Below, piece by piece: positions 62,388-64,000 of a DNA stretch of 64,000 nt (the first letter of the stretch is position 1; every line of letters starts with the position of its first letter). The translations under genes were made by a program, and so were the position numbers. Source of the stretch: Squalus acanthias (Eukaryota); the NCBI GenBank assembly GCA_030390025.1, contig CM059431.1:148368001-148432000 (forward strand). The letters run 5' to 3'. The notes beneath the pieces were generated by a model, which was not told the origin of the DNA, did no database searches, and saw only the letters and a program-made list of their open reading frames with translations.

Positions 62388-63882
62388 ACATAGGAACATA
62401 GGAACAGGGAGAGGCTATTCTGCCCCTTGTGCTTGTTACATCGGAGCAGGAGGAGGCCATTCAGCCTCTCGAGCCTTCCCACCATTCACTAAGATCATCG
62501 CTGATCTGTATCCTACCTCCATCCTCCTGCCTTGGCTCCATATCCTTTTATACCCTTGTCCAGCGAAAATCTATCGCACTCTGATATAATCAGGGGGCAT
62601 GATTTCAGAATAACGGGAAACCCTTTTAAATCAGAAATAAGGCGGAATTTCTTCTCTCAGAGGGTCGAGAATCTTTGGAATTCTCTTCCCCAGAGAGCTG
62701 GGGAGGCTGGGTCATTGAATATATTTAAGGTGGAAATAGACAGAGTTTTGAAAGGTAAGGGAGTCAAGGGTTATGGGGAGCGGGCAGGGAAGTAGAGTTG
62801 AGGCCAAGATCAGATCAGCCATGATCTTATTGAATGGCGGAGCAGGCTCGAGGGGTCAATTGACCTACTCCTGCTCCTATGTAAAATGATTAATTGAGCT
62901 TCCATCGACTGTCTTTTGTGGGAGAGAGTTCCACACTTCTATCACCCTTTGCGTGAAGAAGTGTTTCCGAGCTTCTCTCCTGAATGGCCTGGCTCTGATT
63001 TTAAGGTTATGTCCCCTTGTCCTAAACTCCCCCCACCAGCAATAAATAGTTTCTCTCTATCGAACTCCATCAATTCCTTTCAAAATCCCTAAAAAATCTA
63101 AAGAATTGCTCATCCACTTTGGACCTACAAAGGACAGATCAAAGTATTTTCTAAATGGTGAAAAGCTACAAGCAGTGGAGGTCAAAAGAGACTTCGGGGT
63201 CCATGTACATAGATCATTAAAATGTCATGGACAGATACGGAAAATAATCAAAGGCTAATGGAATGCTGGCCTTTATATCTAGAGGACTAGATACCTGGAG
63301 ATAGAAGTTACAGAACAACTATACAGAACCTTGGTTAGACCACACCTGGAGTACTGTGAGCAGTTTTGGGGATCACACTTTAGGAAAGATGTGCAGCGTA
63401 GATTTACCAGAATGATACCTGGACTCCAAGGGTTCAATAATGAGGAGAGATTACACCAACTAGGGTTGTAGTCCCTGGAACTTCGAAGGTTAAGGCGTGA
63501 TTTGATCGAAGTGTTCAAGATCTTATGGGGAACTGATAGGGTAGGTAGAGAGAAACTATGTCTGCTGGTTGTGGGGAGTCTAGGACTAGGGGACATAGCC
63601 TAAAGTTTAGAGCCAGATCTTCAAGGAGTGAAGTTAGGAAACACTTCTACACACAAAGGGTGGTAGAAGTTTGGAACTCTCTTCCGCAAACAGCAGTTTA
63701 TGCTGGGTCAATGGTTAATTTTAAATCTGAGATTGGTAGATTTTTGTAAAGCAAAAGTATTAAAGGACATGGGGGCAAAGGCAGGTGGATGGAATTAGGT
63801 CACAGATCAGCCATGATCTCAATGAAATGTGGGAACAGACTCGATGGGCTGAATGGCCTCCTCCTGTTCCTATGTTCCTATA
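62388..63882. mobile_element. Cluster of CR1 3' fragments in both orientations
   Basis: CR1 3' UTR hairpin (caggctcgagggg..atggcctactcctg) and ORF2 C-terminal remnants. Confidence 0.85.
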
Positions 63883-64000
63883 TTGATCAAACCAACCTCT
63901 TAACCTTCGATATTCCAGGGACAACGTTCGATGTCAAGTAGAGAAGGTTGAAGGTACAACTCGATCTCGGGGCATCTAGTACAATCTCAGGGCTAGTTAG

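Larger units (their letters stand above)
57290..62388 (+). mobile_element. L2 3' fragment (57290-57490 + 62210-62388) expanded by a 36-bp minisatellite and a nested CR1
   Basis: L2 sequence (SRLDDSNVLLAGLP…IQNS) leads into the array and resumes after it (gatctctgcgctcctccaatt…ccattgacggccgtgccttc). Confidence 0.85.

Overview
Repeat-dense vertebrate genomic DNA, most likely a cartilaginous fish (inferred from the CR1/L2/SINE families and the GPR139-like receptor type). It contains no prokaryotic features. Host genes: (1) the 3' seven coding exons of an ABCG half-transporter on the minus strand (43645-57152), with the nucleotide-binding-domain exons beyond the right edge; one 53-bp exon is frameshifted; (2) a decayed paralogous copy of one of those ABCG exons at 553-718, sharing the same flanking satellites; (3) a two-exon class A GPCR of the GPR139/GPR142-like type on the plus strand (24951-33129), with an N-terminal 21-bp repeat and a 1-bp frameshift. 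The rest is many truncated or nested CR1 LINEs, L2 LINEs, tRNA-derived SINEs, one near-complete Penelope-like element carrying a minimal hammerhead ribozyme motif, a decayed PIF/Harbinger transposon, a MITE, and at least seven minisatellite families. Three minisatellite families can be traced within the window to single-copy segments of dispersed repeats. Boundaries of old repeats are approximate (tens of bp); exon boundaries were read from splice sites by eye.
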